From Candidatus Methylomirabilota bacterium (GTDB lineage Bacteria > Methylomirabilota > Methylomirabilia > Rokubacteriales > CSP1-6), in contig JBKPAK010000219.1 in assembly GCA_046726415.1 (NCBI GenBank), forward strand, positions 1 to 12,300: 12,300 bases of DNA, in the 5' to 3' direction. Shown here piece by piece: positions 1-7,435 of this stretch. Numbering within the stretch: the first letter of the stretch is position 1; the number at the start of each line of letters is the position of its first letter. Under the pieces are notes generated by a model. It saw nothing but the letters and a program-made list of their open reading frames with translations, had not been told where the DNA came from and searched no databases. The translations under genes and the position numbers were made by a program.

Positions 1-1
1 G

Positions 2-265
2 ATCCTGCGCCCTCTGGTTGGCATGGACAAGCTCGAGATCACCGCCGAGGCGAGGCGGCTGGGCACCTACGAGGTTTCCATTGAGCCGGACGCCGACTGC
101 TGCACCCTCTTCACGCCGCGCCACCCGGCGACCGGCGTCTCCACGGCCGAGTTGGTTCGCGCGGAGTCCCGGCTGGACGTCGAGCGGCTGGTGAGCCAGG
201 GGTGCGAGGGGGCCGTGGTCGAGCAGTTCGCCTTTCCAGTGCCGCCGGTGGCCGCCCGTCGCTGA
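2..265 (+). CDS. thiI: tRNA 4-thiouridine(8) synthase ThiI, C-terminal part (5'-truncated by window edge), short form without a C-terminal rhodanese domain
   Basis: Frame is open from base 2: [44 protein letters not shown] matches the ThiI C-terminal signature (RPL.G.DK.EI...A..IGTY..SI.P..DCC..F.P..P.T). Stop TGA at 263-265. Confidence 0.9.
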   Translation: MLRPLVGMDKLEITAEARRLGTYEVSIEPDADCCTLFTPRHPATGVSTAELVRAESRLDVERLVSQGCEGAVVEQFAFPVPPVAARR

Positions 266-293
266 GGCGGCGCGACCCCAGGATCTTGGTGGC

Positions 294-323
294 TTGACAC
301 CCCAGACCCCCTACGGATATGGT
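294..323 (+). promoter_or_regulatory. Putative sigma70-type promoter for glyA
   Basis: Perfect -35 TTGACA at 294-299, 18-nt spacer, -10-like TATGGT (TAnnnT) at 318-323, ending 6 nt before ATG 330. Confidence 0.65.
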
Positions 324-329
324 CGTCTC

Positions 330-1571
330 ATGTCTCGTCTCAACGACGTCGATCCGGAGATCGGCAAGGCCATTCGGGACGAGCGCCATCGGCAGAACCG
401 CAATCTGGAGCTGATCGCCTCCGAGAATTTCGTCTCCGCGGCCGTCATGGAGGCCGTGGGTTCAGTCCTGACGAACAAGTACGCAGAGGGATATCCGGGG
501 CGGCGATACTACGGCGGCTGCGAGGTCGTGGACATCGTCGAAGATCTGGCCATCGCTCGCGCCAAGGAGCTGTTCGGAGTCGAGCACGCCAACGTGCAAC
601 CCCACTCCGGCGCCCAGGCCAATATGGCCGTGTACTTTGCGCTGCTCAAGCCCGGCGATGTGGTGCTCGGGCCCAACCTGAGCCACGGCGGGCACCTCAC
701 CGCTGGGAGCCCGGTGAACTATTCCGGGAAGTTCTATTCCATCGTGGCCTACGGCGTGCGTCGCGACACCGAGCAGATCGACCTCGACGAGGTGCGTGAC
801 CTCGCTCGCCAGCACCGTCCGCGACTGATCATCGCGGGCGGCTCGGCTTTTCCCCGCGCCATCGACTTCGCACCCTTCGCCGACATCGCCCGCGAAGTCG
901 ACGCCGCGCTCATGGCGGACATCGCCCATCCGGCTGGATTGGTGGCCGCCGGCCTACATCCGTCGCCGGTTGGCCTCGCCGATTTCGTCACCACGACAAC
1001 CCACAAAACGCTGCGCGGTCCCCGAGGAGGCATGGTGATGTGCCGGGCGGCCCACGCGGCCGCCCTCGATCGGACGGTGATGCCCGGAGTGCAAGGCGGG
1101 CCGCTGATGCACGTGATCGCGGGGAAGGCGGTGGCCCTGCGGGAGGCCCTGACCCCGGCCTGGAAGGCCTATCAGCGCCAGATTGTGGCCAATGCCCGCG
1201 CGCTGGCCACCGCGCTGCTCGGGCGAGGGTTCCGCCTGGTCACCGGGGGAACGGATACGCATCTGCTCCTCGTGGACTTGAGCGGCCGGAACGTCACCGG
1301 GAAGGATGCGCAGGAGGCGCTGGATCGGGCGTGGATCACGGTCAACAAGAACACGATCCCCTTCGAGACGAAGAGCCCGATGGTGACCAGCGGCATCCGT
1401 CTCGGCACACCAGCGGTGACCACGCGGGGCATGTGCGAGGGCGAGATGGCGATCATCGCCGGACTCATCGATCAGGTGCTGAGTCACCTCGGCTCGTCGA
1501 GCGTGGAGGCGACCGTGCGCGGAGAGGTTCAGGCGCTCACGAGCCGGTTCCCGCTCTACCCCGAGGAATGA
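330..1571 (+). CDS. glyA: Serine hydroxymethyltransferase
   Basis: Motifs [43 protein letters not shown]-lysine motif [14 protein letters not shown] and SGIRLGTPA. Start placed at ATG 330 ([11 protein letters not shown]); the ORF-track TTG at 294 is the -35 box. Confidence 0.98.
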   Translation: MSRLNDVDPEIGKAIRDERHRQNRNLELIASENFVSAAVMEAVGSVLTNKYAEGYPGRRYYGGCEVVDIVEDLAIARAKELFGVEHANVQPHSGAQANMAVYFALLKPGDVVLGPNLSHGGHLTAGSPVNYSGKFYSIVAYGVRRDTEQIDLDEVRDLARQHRPRLIIAGGSAFPRAIDFAPFADIAREVDAALMADIAHPAGLVAAGLHPSPVGLADFVTTTTHKTLRGPRGGMVMCRAAHAAALDRTVMPGVQGGPLMHVIAGKAVALREALTPAWKAYQRQIVANARALATALLGRGFRLVTGGTDTHLLLVDLSGRNVTGKDAQEALDRAWITVNKNTIPFETKSPMVTSGIRLGTPAVTTRGMCEGEMAIIAGLIDQVLSHLGSSSVEATVRGEVQALTSRFPLYPEE

Positions 1572-1593
1572 GCCCGGACGGGGAGGGCTCGCG

Positions 1594-2094
1594 ATGAAGT
1601 GTCCCTTCTGCGGCCACACGGAGGATCGCGTGGTGGACTCGCGCGTCGGGCGCGATGGGGAATTCATCCGCCGTCGCCGGGCGTGCCTCAAGTGTCACCG
1701 GCGGTATACGACGTACGAGTACATCGAGGACGTGCTCCCCCACGTGGTCAAGCGCGATGGCCGTCGAGAGCCTTTTGACCGCCAGAAGCTCCGCGGCTCG
1801 ATTCTCAAGGCGTGCCAGAAGCAGTCGGTCGCCGTCGAAGCGGTGGACGACATCGTGGCCGACATCGAGTCGAAACTCCACGACCGCGCCGACAAGGAAA
1901 TCCCCAGCCGCGACCTCGGAGACTTGGTCATGGAGCGGTTGCAGAAGCTCGACCAGATCGCCTATGTCCGCTTCGCCTCCGTGTACCGCCAGTTCAAGGA
2001 CCCTGCCCAGTTCATGGATGAGCTGAAGGAGCTGCTCAAGGAGGACAAGGCCAAGGTCGCGGCGAAGCCCCGCCCCTTGGCCAAGGCCCGCTAG
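1594..2094 (+). CDS. nrdR: Transcriptional repressor NrdR
   Basis: Zn ribbon MKCPFC...VVDSR...IRRRRACLKC..RYTTYE, ATP-cone VVKRDGRREPFDRQKL, and AYVRFASVYRQF. SD-like GGGAGG upstream. glyA-nrdR adjacency is a common synteny. Confidence 0.97.
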   Translation: MKCPFCGHTEDRVVDSRVGRDGEFIRRRRACLKCHRRYTTYEYIEDVLPHVVKRDGRREPFDRQKLRGSILKACQKQSVAVEAVDDIVADIESKLHDRADKEIPSRDLGDLVMERLQKLDQIAYVRFASVYRQFKDPAQFMDELKELLKEDKAKVAAKPRPLAKAR

Positions 2095-2168
2095 GCCCGG
2101 ATACCGTCCGTAGAGCCTCGATCGGAGCGCCACGCCACCTCTGGTGGATTGACGCCAGGAAGCGCGCG

Positions 2169-2198
2169 TTGACAAGCCGACGAAGCGCAGTGTAGCCT
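2169..2198 (+). promoter_or_regulatory. Putative sigma70-type promoter for the radical SAM gene
   Basis: TTGACA at 2169-2174, 18-nt spacer, TAGCCT (TAnnnT) at 2193-2198. SD AAGGAG at 2216-2221 lies 7 nt before TTG 2229. Confidence 0.6.
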
Positions 2199-2228
2199 CG
2201 CGATCAACCCATCGGAAGGAGCCCTCCC

Positions 2229-4046
2229 TTGAAGCGAGCCCTCAAGAAACTTGTCTTCGTGGAACCGAAGTCGACGCATTTGCACGTGTACAGCCGCGTG
2301 ACCATTCCCCGGCTGGGCTCGGTCCTGCTGGGGACGCTCATGCGCGCCAAGGGCTATGACGTCCGCGTGTACATCGAGGACATCCACGACCTCGACATGG
2401 CGGAGGTGTTGTCGGCAGATCTGGTGGGTATCTCCGCGATCACCTCGACCGCGCCGCAGGCGTATCGGCTGGCCGACACGGTGCGCGAAGCGGGAGCGAT
2501 CACCGTGCTCGGCGGCACCCATACGAGCTTTCTGCCAGAGGAAGGCCTGCAGCATGGAGACTTCGTGGTGCGGGGGGAAGGGGAATTCGCCTTCCAGGAA
2601 CTGGTTGAGGCCATCGAGAGGGGCAGTGGCATCGAGAAGATCCAGAACCTCTCGTATCTCGCCGACGGCCGCGTGGTCAACAATCCGGAGCGACCGAAGA
2701 TCCCCAATCTCGACGTCAATCCCATTCCCGACTACACGCTGATCGAGGGCTGGAAGCCGGGGGGCGTCGTCTCGGTGGCGACGTCGCGCGGCTGCCCCTT
2801 TTCCTGCACGTTCTGTTCGGTGCCGGGGATGTACGGCCACGCCTTTCGCACGCATTCCATCGGACGCGTGCTGGAGGAGCTGACCCTGCACAAGGACACG
2901 GTCTACACGTTCTTCGCCGACGACATCTTCACCGCCAACAAGAAGCGCGTAAAGGAACTCTTGCGAGACATGATCGCCCGCAACCTCACTCCGATGTGGG
3001 GCGCCCAGGTTCGCACGGAAACGGTGGACGACCCCGAGTTGCTCGAGCTCATGCGCGACTCCAACTGCTTCAATGTCTACGTGGGGTTCGAGTCCATCAA
3101 CCCGCGTACCCTCAAGCTCTTCCAGAAGAAGCAAGACCTCACGAAGATCGAGCGCTCGATCGCCCGCTTTCACGAGCACAACATCAGGATCCACGGCATG
3201 TTCGTGGTCGGCTCCGACGAGGACGACGTGGAGACCATCGACGCTACTGCTGAATTCGCCCTCAAGCATGACATCGATTCCATCCAGTTCATGATCCTCA
3301 CGCCCATCCCGGGGTCACCGGACTGGGAGACGCTGTACCATCACGGAGACAAGTACGTCATCAGCCGCAACTGGTCCCTGTACGACGGACATCACGTCGT
3401 GCATCAGCCTCGGCGGATGTCGCCGTACGAACTGCAGATGGCCGCCATCAAGGCCATGGGAAAGTTCTACGGGTGGAAGGGGATCACCAAACGGCTCATC
3501 AAGCGCGACATCTACTACGCCACCATCCGCTACTGGGGCAAGAAGATGATCCGCCAGTGGTGGAAGGACGAGGAGAACCGGGCGTACGTCAGCTGGCTCC
3601 GTGCCCAGCTCTACGGCGAGGCCTCGCAGCTCGGTCACCGGGCCGTGAAGACGGTGGGGCTTCCCGCCATCCTGCTGCAGGACGCGTGCGGACGCCTGCT
3701 TCAGCGATTCTTGGGCGAGCTCGGGGTGACCGTCATCCCGCTGGCCGAAGCGGTGGAAGAGGCAACGGCGGCGGCCCGCCAGCGGCTCGACTGCGTCATC
3801 ACCCCGATCGTCAAGCGGGCGGCCGAGGAGCGGGCCGAGTTCTACACGCGGCTCACCGTGGTCAGCAACGTGCTACACGCTCAGTGGGAGAGGCTCCCGC
3901 GCGTGAGCTTCCCGCTGATCGAAGGGCAGGGGCCGGTGTTCGAGCCCTTCGCCAAGATCGGGTTGCTGGCGACGACGAACCTGGATCGAATCCGCGAGGC
4001 TTACAAGAGCGCAGGGGCGGCCGAGGGACTCTGGGAAGCGGCCTGA
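2229..4046 (+). CDS. Cobalamin (B12)-binding domain radical SAM protein with a C-terminal ~130-aa extra domain
   Basis: N-terminal B12-binding-like region (PRLGSVLLGT, DLVGIS, VLGGTHTSFLPEE, VVRGEGE), SRGCPFSCTFC CxxxCxxC motif at 2793-2816, FFADDIF, VYVGFES, IHGMFVVG and LTPIPGS. TTG start is supported by a strong SD. Confidence 0.9.
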   Translation: MKRALKKLVFVEPKSTHLHVYSRVTIPRLGSVLLGTLMRAKGYDVRVYIEDIHDLDMAEVLSADLVGISAITSTAPQAYRLADTVREAGAITVLGGTHTSFLPEEGLQHGDFVVRGEGEFAFQELVEAIERGSGIEKIQNLSYLADGRVVNNPERPKIPNLDVNPIPDYTLIEGWKPGGVVSVATSRGCPFSCTFCSVPGMYGHAFRTHSIGRVLEELTLHKDTVYTFFADDIFTANKKRVKELLRDMIARNLTPMWGAQVRTETVDDPELLELMRDSNCFNVYVGFESINPRTLKLFQKKQDLTKIERSIARFHEHNIRIHGMFVVGSDEDDVETIDATAEFALKHDIDSIQFMILTPIPGSPDWETLYHHGDKYVISRNWSLYDGHHVVHQPRRMSPYELQMAAIKAMGKFYGWKGITKRLIKRDIYYATIRYWGKKMIRQWWKDEENRAYVSWLRAQLYGEASQLGHRAVKTVGLPAILLQDACGRLLQRFLGELGVTVIPLAEAVEEATAAARQRLDCVITPIVKRAAEERAEFYTRLTVVSNVLHAQWERLPRVSFPLIEGQGPVFEPFAKIGLLATTNLDRIREAYKSAGAAEGLWEAA

Positions 4047-4050
4047 GGGC

Positions 4051-4734
4051 TCAGAGCGGCTTCGGCTCCTGGACGGACGACGGGCGCCGGTGATACTGTC
4101 GCCGAACGAACTCCTCGTTGAGCGGAACACCCTTCTTGCACAGGGGGCACTGCTCGGGAGGGTAGGTCGGAAAATCCCGGCTGACCAGGCTAAACACCGG
4201 CGTATCCTCCACGGCGACCGAGGTCCTCCGCCACAGACACCCGACGCCGACCACCTGTCCACCGTGCCGGCCGATGAGGTGGACGAGCAGCTTGAGCGTC
4301 GAGCCCGACGAGACCAGGTCCTCCACCAGCAGTACCCTGGTGCCCGCTCGCAGGAGGCGCCGGAACTCCGCGGGTAGCGTTACACGCCGTTTGCCGCCGG
4401 CCACGCGTTTGATGCCATACACCACGATGGGGCGGGACGGGTGGGCGCGGGCCACGCAGTGGGACAGGATGAGGGCGCCGTGGCCGGTGGAAAGGACGAC
4501 ATCGATGGGCCAAGGGGCGAAGTGCTTGGCGATCACGGCGCCCAGACCTTCCGTGAACGACGGCTCCGTGGTGACCAGCGTCTTCTCGATGTATTCGCTC
4601 GTGTGATGGCCAGAGGGGAGAAGCACATGGTCGTTGGCGTGGTAGGCGCCCGTCCGCTTGAGAATCTCGAGATGGATCTTCTCGCGGACCTCCGCTTCCA
4701 CGGCCGCCGGATCCTGCCGGGGGGCGGTCGTCAT
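4051..4734 (-). CDS. Type I phosphoribosyltransferase, orotate PRTase (PyrE)-like but divergent
   Basis: H.LL.SG.H...Y N-terminal motif, PRPP-binding motif RVLLVEDLVSSGST, and C-terminal Y.PEQCPLCKKGVP typical of one PyrE subgroup. SD AAGGAG upstream on the - strand. Confidence 0.8.
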   Translation of the reverse strand: MTTAPRQDPAAVEAEVREKIHLEILKRTGAYHANDHVLLPSGHHTSEYIEKTLVTTEPSFTEGLGAVIAKHFAPWPIDVVLSTGHGALILSHCVARAHPSRPIVVYGIKRVAGGKRRVTLPAEFRRLLRAGTRVLLVEDLVSSGSTLKLLVHLIGRHGGQVVGVGCLWRRTSVAVEDTPVFSLVSRDFPTYPPEQCPLCKKGVPLNEEFVRRQYHRRPSSVQEPKPL

Positions 4735-4812
4735 CGGGGGTCTCCTTGCCTAGGCATTATCGCACGGCCTTCGGGCGAAGGGACGTCTGCCCGCGTGCTA
4801 GACTGACCCGAC
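4735..4812. promoter_or_regulatory. Compact divergent promoter region (PRTase on - strand, tsaB on + strand)
   Basis: - strand: TG-c-GATAAT (4764..4756) and SD AAGGAG. + strand: TG-c-TAGACT (4796-4804), 8 nt before the tsaB ATG. Palindromes TGCCTAGGCA (4747-4756) and CCTTCG-gg-CGAAGG (4768-4781). Confidence 0.5.
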
Positions 4813-5487
4813 ATGCGCGTCCTCGCCATCGACACGTCCACGCTGGCGGGCGGAGTCGCCCTTATCGAGGACGAGCGTACTGTGGCGGAGTATCTGCTCG
4901 ACGTCCGCCTGACCCATTCGGAGCGGCTGATGCCGGCCATCGATCGGGTCGTGGACGACGCGGGCTGGACGGCGCGCGATCTCTCCGGTCTCGCGGTGGC
5001 GGTGGGCCCGGGATCTTTCACCGGCCTGCGCGTCGGCGCCAGTGCGGCCAAGGGGCTCGCCCTAGCGCTGTCCATTCCGATTGCTGCGGTCCCGACCCTC
5101 GACGCGCTAGCCGCCGGGTTGCCGTATGCGGCGCTGCCGGTATGTGCGGTGGTCGTGGCCCGGCGCGACGAGGTGTATGCGAGTCTGTACCAGTGGGATG
5201 GCACGGCCATGCGCCGGGAATGGGACTATCTGGCCCTTTCGCCGCGCGAGCTGGCCGACCGGTTCCGGGAGCCGACAATTCTCGTCGGAGAAGGGGCCAT
5301 GATCATCTCCTCGTCGCTCGCGCGCCCGGCGCTGCCGTGGCGGCGTGGACCGGCGGCGGCCACCGTGGGGCACCTGGGTGTCGCGCGCCTTCGCGCGGGG
5401 GAGATCGTGGGTGCGGGCGACCTGGTGCCGCTCTATGTGCGGCCCTCGCAAGCGGAGCTCAAGCGCCGTGCTCTCACCGTCGCTTGA
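4813..5487 (+). CDS. tsaB: tRNA threonylcarbamoyladenosine (t6A) biosynthesis protein TsaB
   Basis: MRVLAIDTST, THSERLMPAI, AVAVGPGSFTGLRVG...AKGLA, ARRDEVY and LVPLYVRPSQAE. Followed by rimI, the usual synteny. Confidence 0.96.
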   Translation: MRVLAIDTSTLAGGVALIEDERTVAEYLLDVRLTHSERLMPAIDRVVDDAGWTARDLSGLAVAVGPGSFTGLRVGASAAKGLALALSIPIAAVPTLDALAAGLPYAALPVCAVVVARRDEVYASLYQWDGTAMRREWDYLALSPRELADRFREPTILVGEGAMIISSSLARPALPWRRGPAAATVGHLGVARLRAGEIVGAGDLVPLYVRPSQAELKRRALTVA

Positions 5488-5950
5488 GCTGATGCGCGTG
5501 GAGGACCTCGATGAGGTCCTCGAGATCGAGCGAGCCTCCTTCAGCATGCCCTGGTCGCGCGGCGCCTTCATGTACGAGATCGAGCGCAATCGCGTGGCGC
5601 GTTGCTGGGTAGTGCGCGAGGAGGGCGGCGTGGTCGGATACCTCTGTTTGTGGGAGGTTGCCGACGAGCTGCACATCACCAACGTGGCCGTGCATCCGGC
5701 CCACCGCCGACGCGGGCTGGGCCGAATGCTGCTCGCTCACGTCCTGCAGGATGCGGGCCGGCGGTCGCTGTCCCTCGTGGGGCTGGAGGTGCGGCCCACC
5801 AACACGGAAGCGCGTGCCCTGTACGAATCGTTCGGTTTTCGTGTGGTCGGCCGGCGCCGCGGCTACTACTACGACACCGGCGAGGACGCGCTGATCATGG
5901 AGGCGCGTCTGCCCGTGGCCGTCTCGGCTGGCGAGAGCTGGGAACATTGA
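5468..5950 (+). CDS. rimI: Ribosomal protein S18 alanine N-acetyltransferase RimI (GNAT)
   Basis: DLDEVLEIERASFSMPWS, DELHITNVAVHPAHRRRGLG, LEVRPTN..A..LYESFGF..VGRRRGYY.DTGEDALIM. Likely start is GTG 5468 (overlaps the tsaB end, GGAG upstream); alternative ATG 5492. Confidence 0.93.
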   Translation: MLSPSLELMRVEDLDEVLEIERASFSMPWSRGAFMYEIERNRVARCWVVREEGGVVGYLCLWEVADELHITNVAVHPAHRRRGLGRMLLAHVLQDAGRRSLSLVGLEVRPTNTEARALYESFGFRVVGRRRGYYYDTGEDALIMEARLPVAVSAGESWEH

Positions 5951-5978
5951 GCCATATCCGGCCGTTCAGGACACACGC

Positions 5979-6893
5979 GTGCGCATTCGACCACCTCTAG
6001 TCTTCAGAACCTGTCGTGTGGGCACCTTCGCCTGGGGAGTGCTCCTGGCGTTCTTCGCGGCGGCGGGCGCCGCCACCCCCGAGGAGATCGCGCGCGGGAA
6101 ATACGTCTTCGGCGCGGCCGGCGGGTGTGGGTGCCACACCGAGAAGGGGCAGCCCGTGAACGCGGGAGGGCGGCGCTACGACGGTCCCTTCGGCACGGTG
6201 TACGGCACGAACATCACGCCTGACACCAAGACGGGCATCGGCGGCTGGACCGACGCGCAGATCATCGACGCGATCCGGTCAGGGCGCCGCCCCAACGGCG
6301 AGCGCCTCATTCCCGTGCACCCATACCCGACGTTCAACGGCATGGCTGCGGAAGACCTCAAGGCGCTCGTGGCGTACTTGCGCTCGCTGCCACCTGTCAA
6401 CCGCCCGAACCAGCCGAAGAAGATTACGGTACCCCTCTTCGAATCCGTCTTCCTTCCGACCTGGCTGGCCGCGTTCTCCCCGCGCGAGTCGCCTCCGGCC
6501 ACGGCGCCGACTTCCGGGATCGCGCGCGGCGAGTATCTGGTGCGAGCGGTCGGCCACTGCGGCGAGTGCCACACGCCGCGTGGGGTGACCCAGGCCGTGG
6601 ACAACTCGCGCTTCCTCGCTGGCAACCCCCGCGGCCCGGAAGACTCCGTGGTGCCCAACATCACCCCCGATAAGGCCACCGGGATTGGCGACTGGTCCGA
6701 GGAGGACATCGCCGAGTACCTGGTGAGCGGCAACAAACCCGACGGCGACGTTGCCGGGGGGCTGATGGAGGAGGTCATCCACGGCACCACGGCGGGTTAC
6801 AAGGATCTGACCAAGGCCGACCTGCTCGCGATCGCTCGATACCTGAGGTCCATTCCGCCAATCCAGAACAAGGTCCGGAAGCCGCCATCATAA
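5979..6893 (+). CDS. Exported di-heme c-type cytochrome (dehydrogenase cytochrome-c-subunit / CycG-like), first heme motif contracted to CxCH
   Basis: Hydrophobic signal region, then two repeated domains, each ARGxY...C..CHT...NITPD.xTGIGxW. Heme motifs are CGCH (6126-6137) and CGECH (6558-6572). Start uncertain: GTG 5979 or GTG 6018. Confidence 0.88.
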   Translation: MRIRPPLVFRTCRVGTFAWGVLLAFFAAAGAATPEEIARGKYVFGAAGGCGCHTEKGQPVNAGGRRYDGPFGTVYGTNITPDTKTGIGGWTDAQIIDAIRSGRRPNGERLIPVHPYPTFNGMAAEDLKALVAYLRSLPPVNRPNQPKKITVPLFESVFLPTWLAAFSPRESPPATAPTSGIARGEYLVRAVGHCGECHTPRGVTQAVDNSRFLAGNPRGPEDSVVPNITPDKATGIGDWSEEDIAEYLVSGNKPDGDVAGGLMEEVIHGTTAGYKDLTKADLLAIARYLRSIPPIQNKVRKPPS

Positions 6894-6915
6894 CCCACTC
6901 ACCGGAGGGAGCGCG

Positions 6916-7392
6916 ATGACCCAGAGAAGGCAGTGGCGGCGCAGTGTGGTCCTGGCAAGTCTGGCCGTGCTCGCGATGGCCGGATGCGCATCCACGGAGC
7001 CGCCCAAGATGGGCTCAGCGGATGCGATCGCCCAGCGCCAGCGGTTGATGAAGCTACACGGCGCCCTCTGGAAGGACGCCCAGGACAAGGCCAAGGCCGG
7101 GCAGTTCGAGGCCATCGCCGTCGACGCGGAGGCCATGGCCTACGTCGCGCCCCAAATTCCAGAGCTGTTTCCGGAGGGCTCGCTCAGCGAGAAGTCGGCC
7201 GCCAAGCCGGAGATCTGGCAGAAGCGGTCGGATTTTGAGGCGGCGGCGAAGAATTTCCAGGTGCAGGCGGAAAAGCTCCGCGACGCGGCACAAAGCAAGG
7301 ACGCCACCGCCACGCAGGCGGTCATGCGGGAGTTCGGGAAGCTCGCATGCGGGAGCTGCCACACGCCCTTCCGCGTTCCGCCAAAGTCGTAA
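6916..7392 (+). CDS. Class II (cytochrome c'/c556-like) cytochrome c, probable lipoprotein
   Basis: RQRLMK N-terminal helix, ELFPEGS, SAAKPEIW...DF, single C-terminal CGSCH (7348-7362). Lipobox-like LAMAG-C with Cys24 at 6985-6987. SD GGAGG upstream. Confidence 0.9.
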   Translation: MTQRRQWRRSVVLASLAVLAMAGCASTEPPKMGSADAIAQRQRLMKLHGALWKDAQDKAKAGQFEAIAVDAEAMAYVAPQIPELFPEGSLSEKSAAKPEIWQKRSDFEAAAKNFQVQAEKLRDAAQSKDATATQAVMREFGKLACGSCHTPFRVPPKS

Positions 7393-7396
7393 CCCC

Positions 7397-7416
7397 GGCG
7401 CGACGGTGGTCGCGCC
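7397..7416. other. Intergenic hairpin between the class II cytochrome stop and the yceI SD
   Basis: GGCGCGAC-ggtg-GTCGCGCC: perfect 8-bp stem, 4-nt loop, no U-tract. It overlaps a 16-mer that is the exact reverse complement of the downstream repeat core. Confidence 0.7.
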
Positions 7417-7435
7417 CCGACGAGAGGAGGACGGG

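Noticed and set aside
269-278. GGCGCGACC after the thiI stop, resembling the repeat core
   Set aside because: Only a short GC-rich match, compatible with chance.
2095-2228. Cobalamin riboswitch or NrdR box upstream of the B12 radical SAM gene
   Set aside because: No B12-box or NrdR-box consensus seen, and the predicted leader is only ~25 nt. A second TTGACG at 2149-2154 has no matching -10.
2091-3269. 392-aa antisense ORF and other short overlapping ORFs in the track
   Set aside because: They lie opposite or out of frame with well-supported genes and show no family motifs.
7235-7435. Longer N-terminus for the YceI protein
   Set aside because: Overlaps the class II cytochrome gene. ATG 7436 has a strong SD and begins a proper signal peptide.
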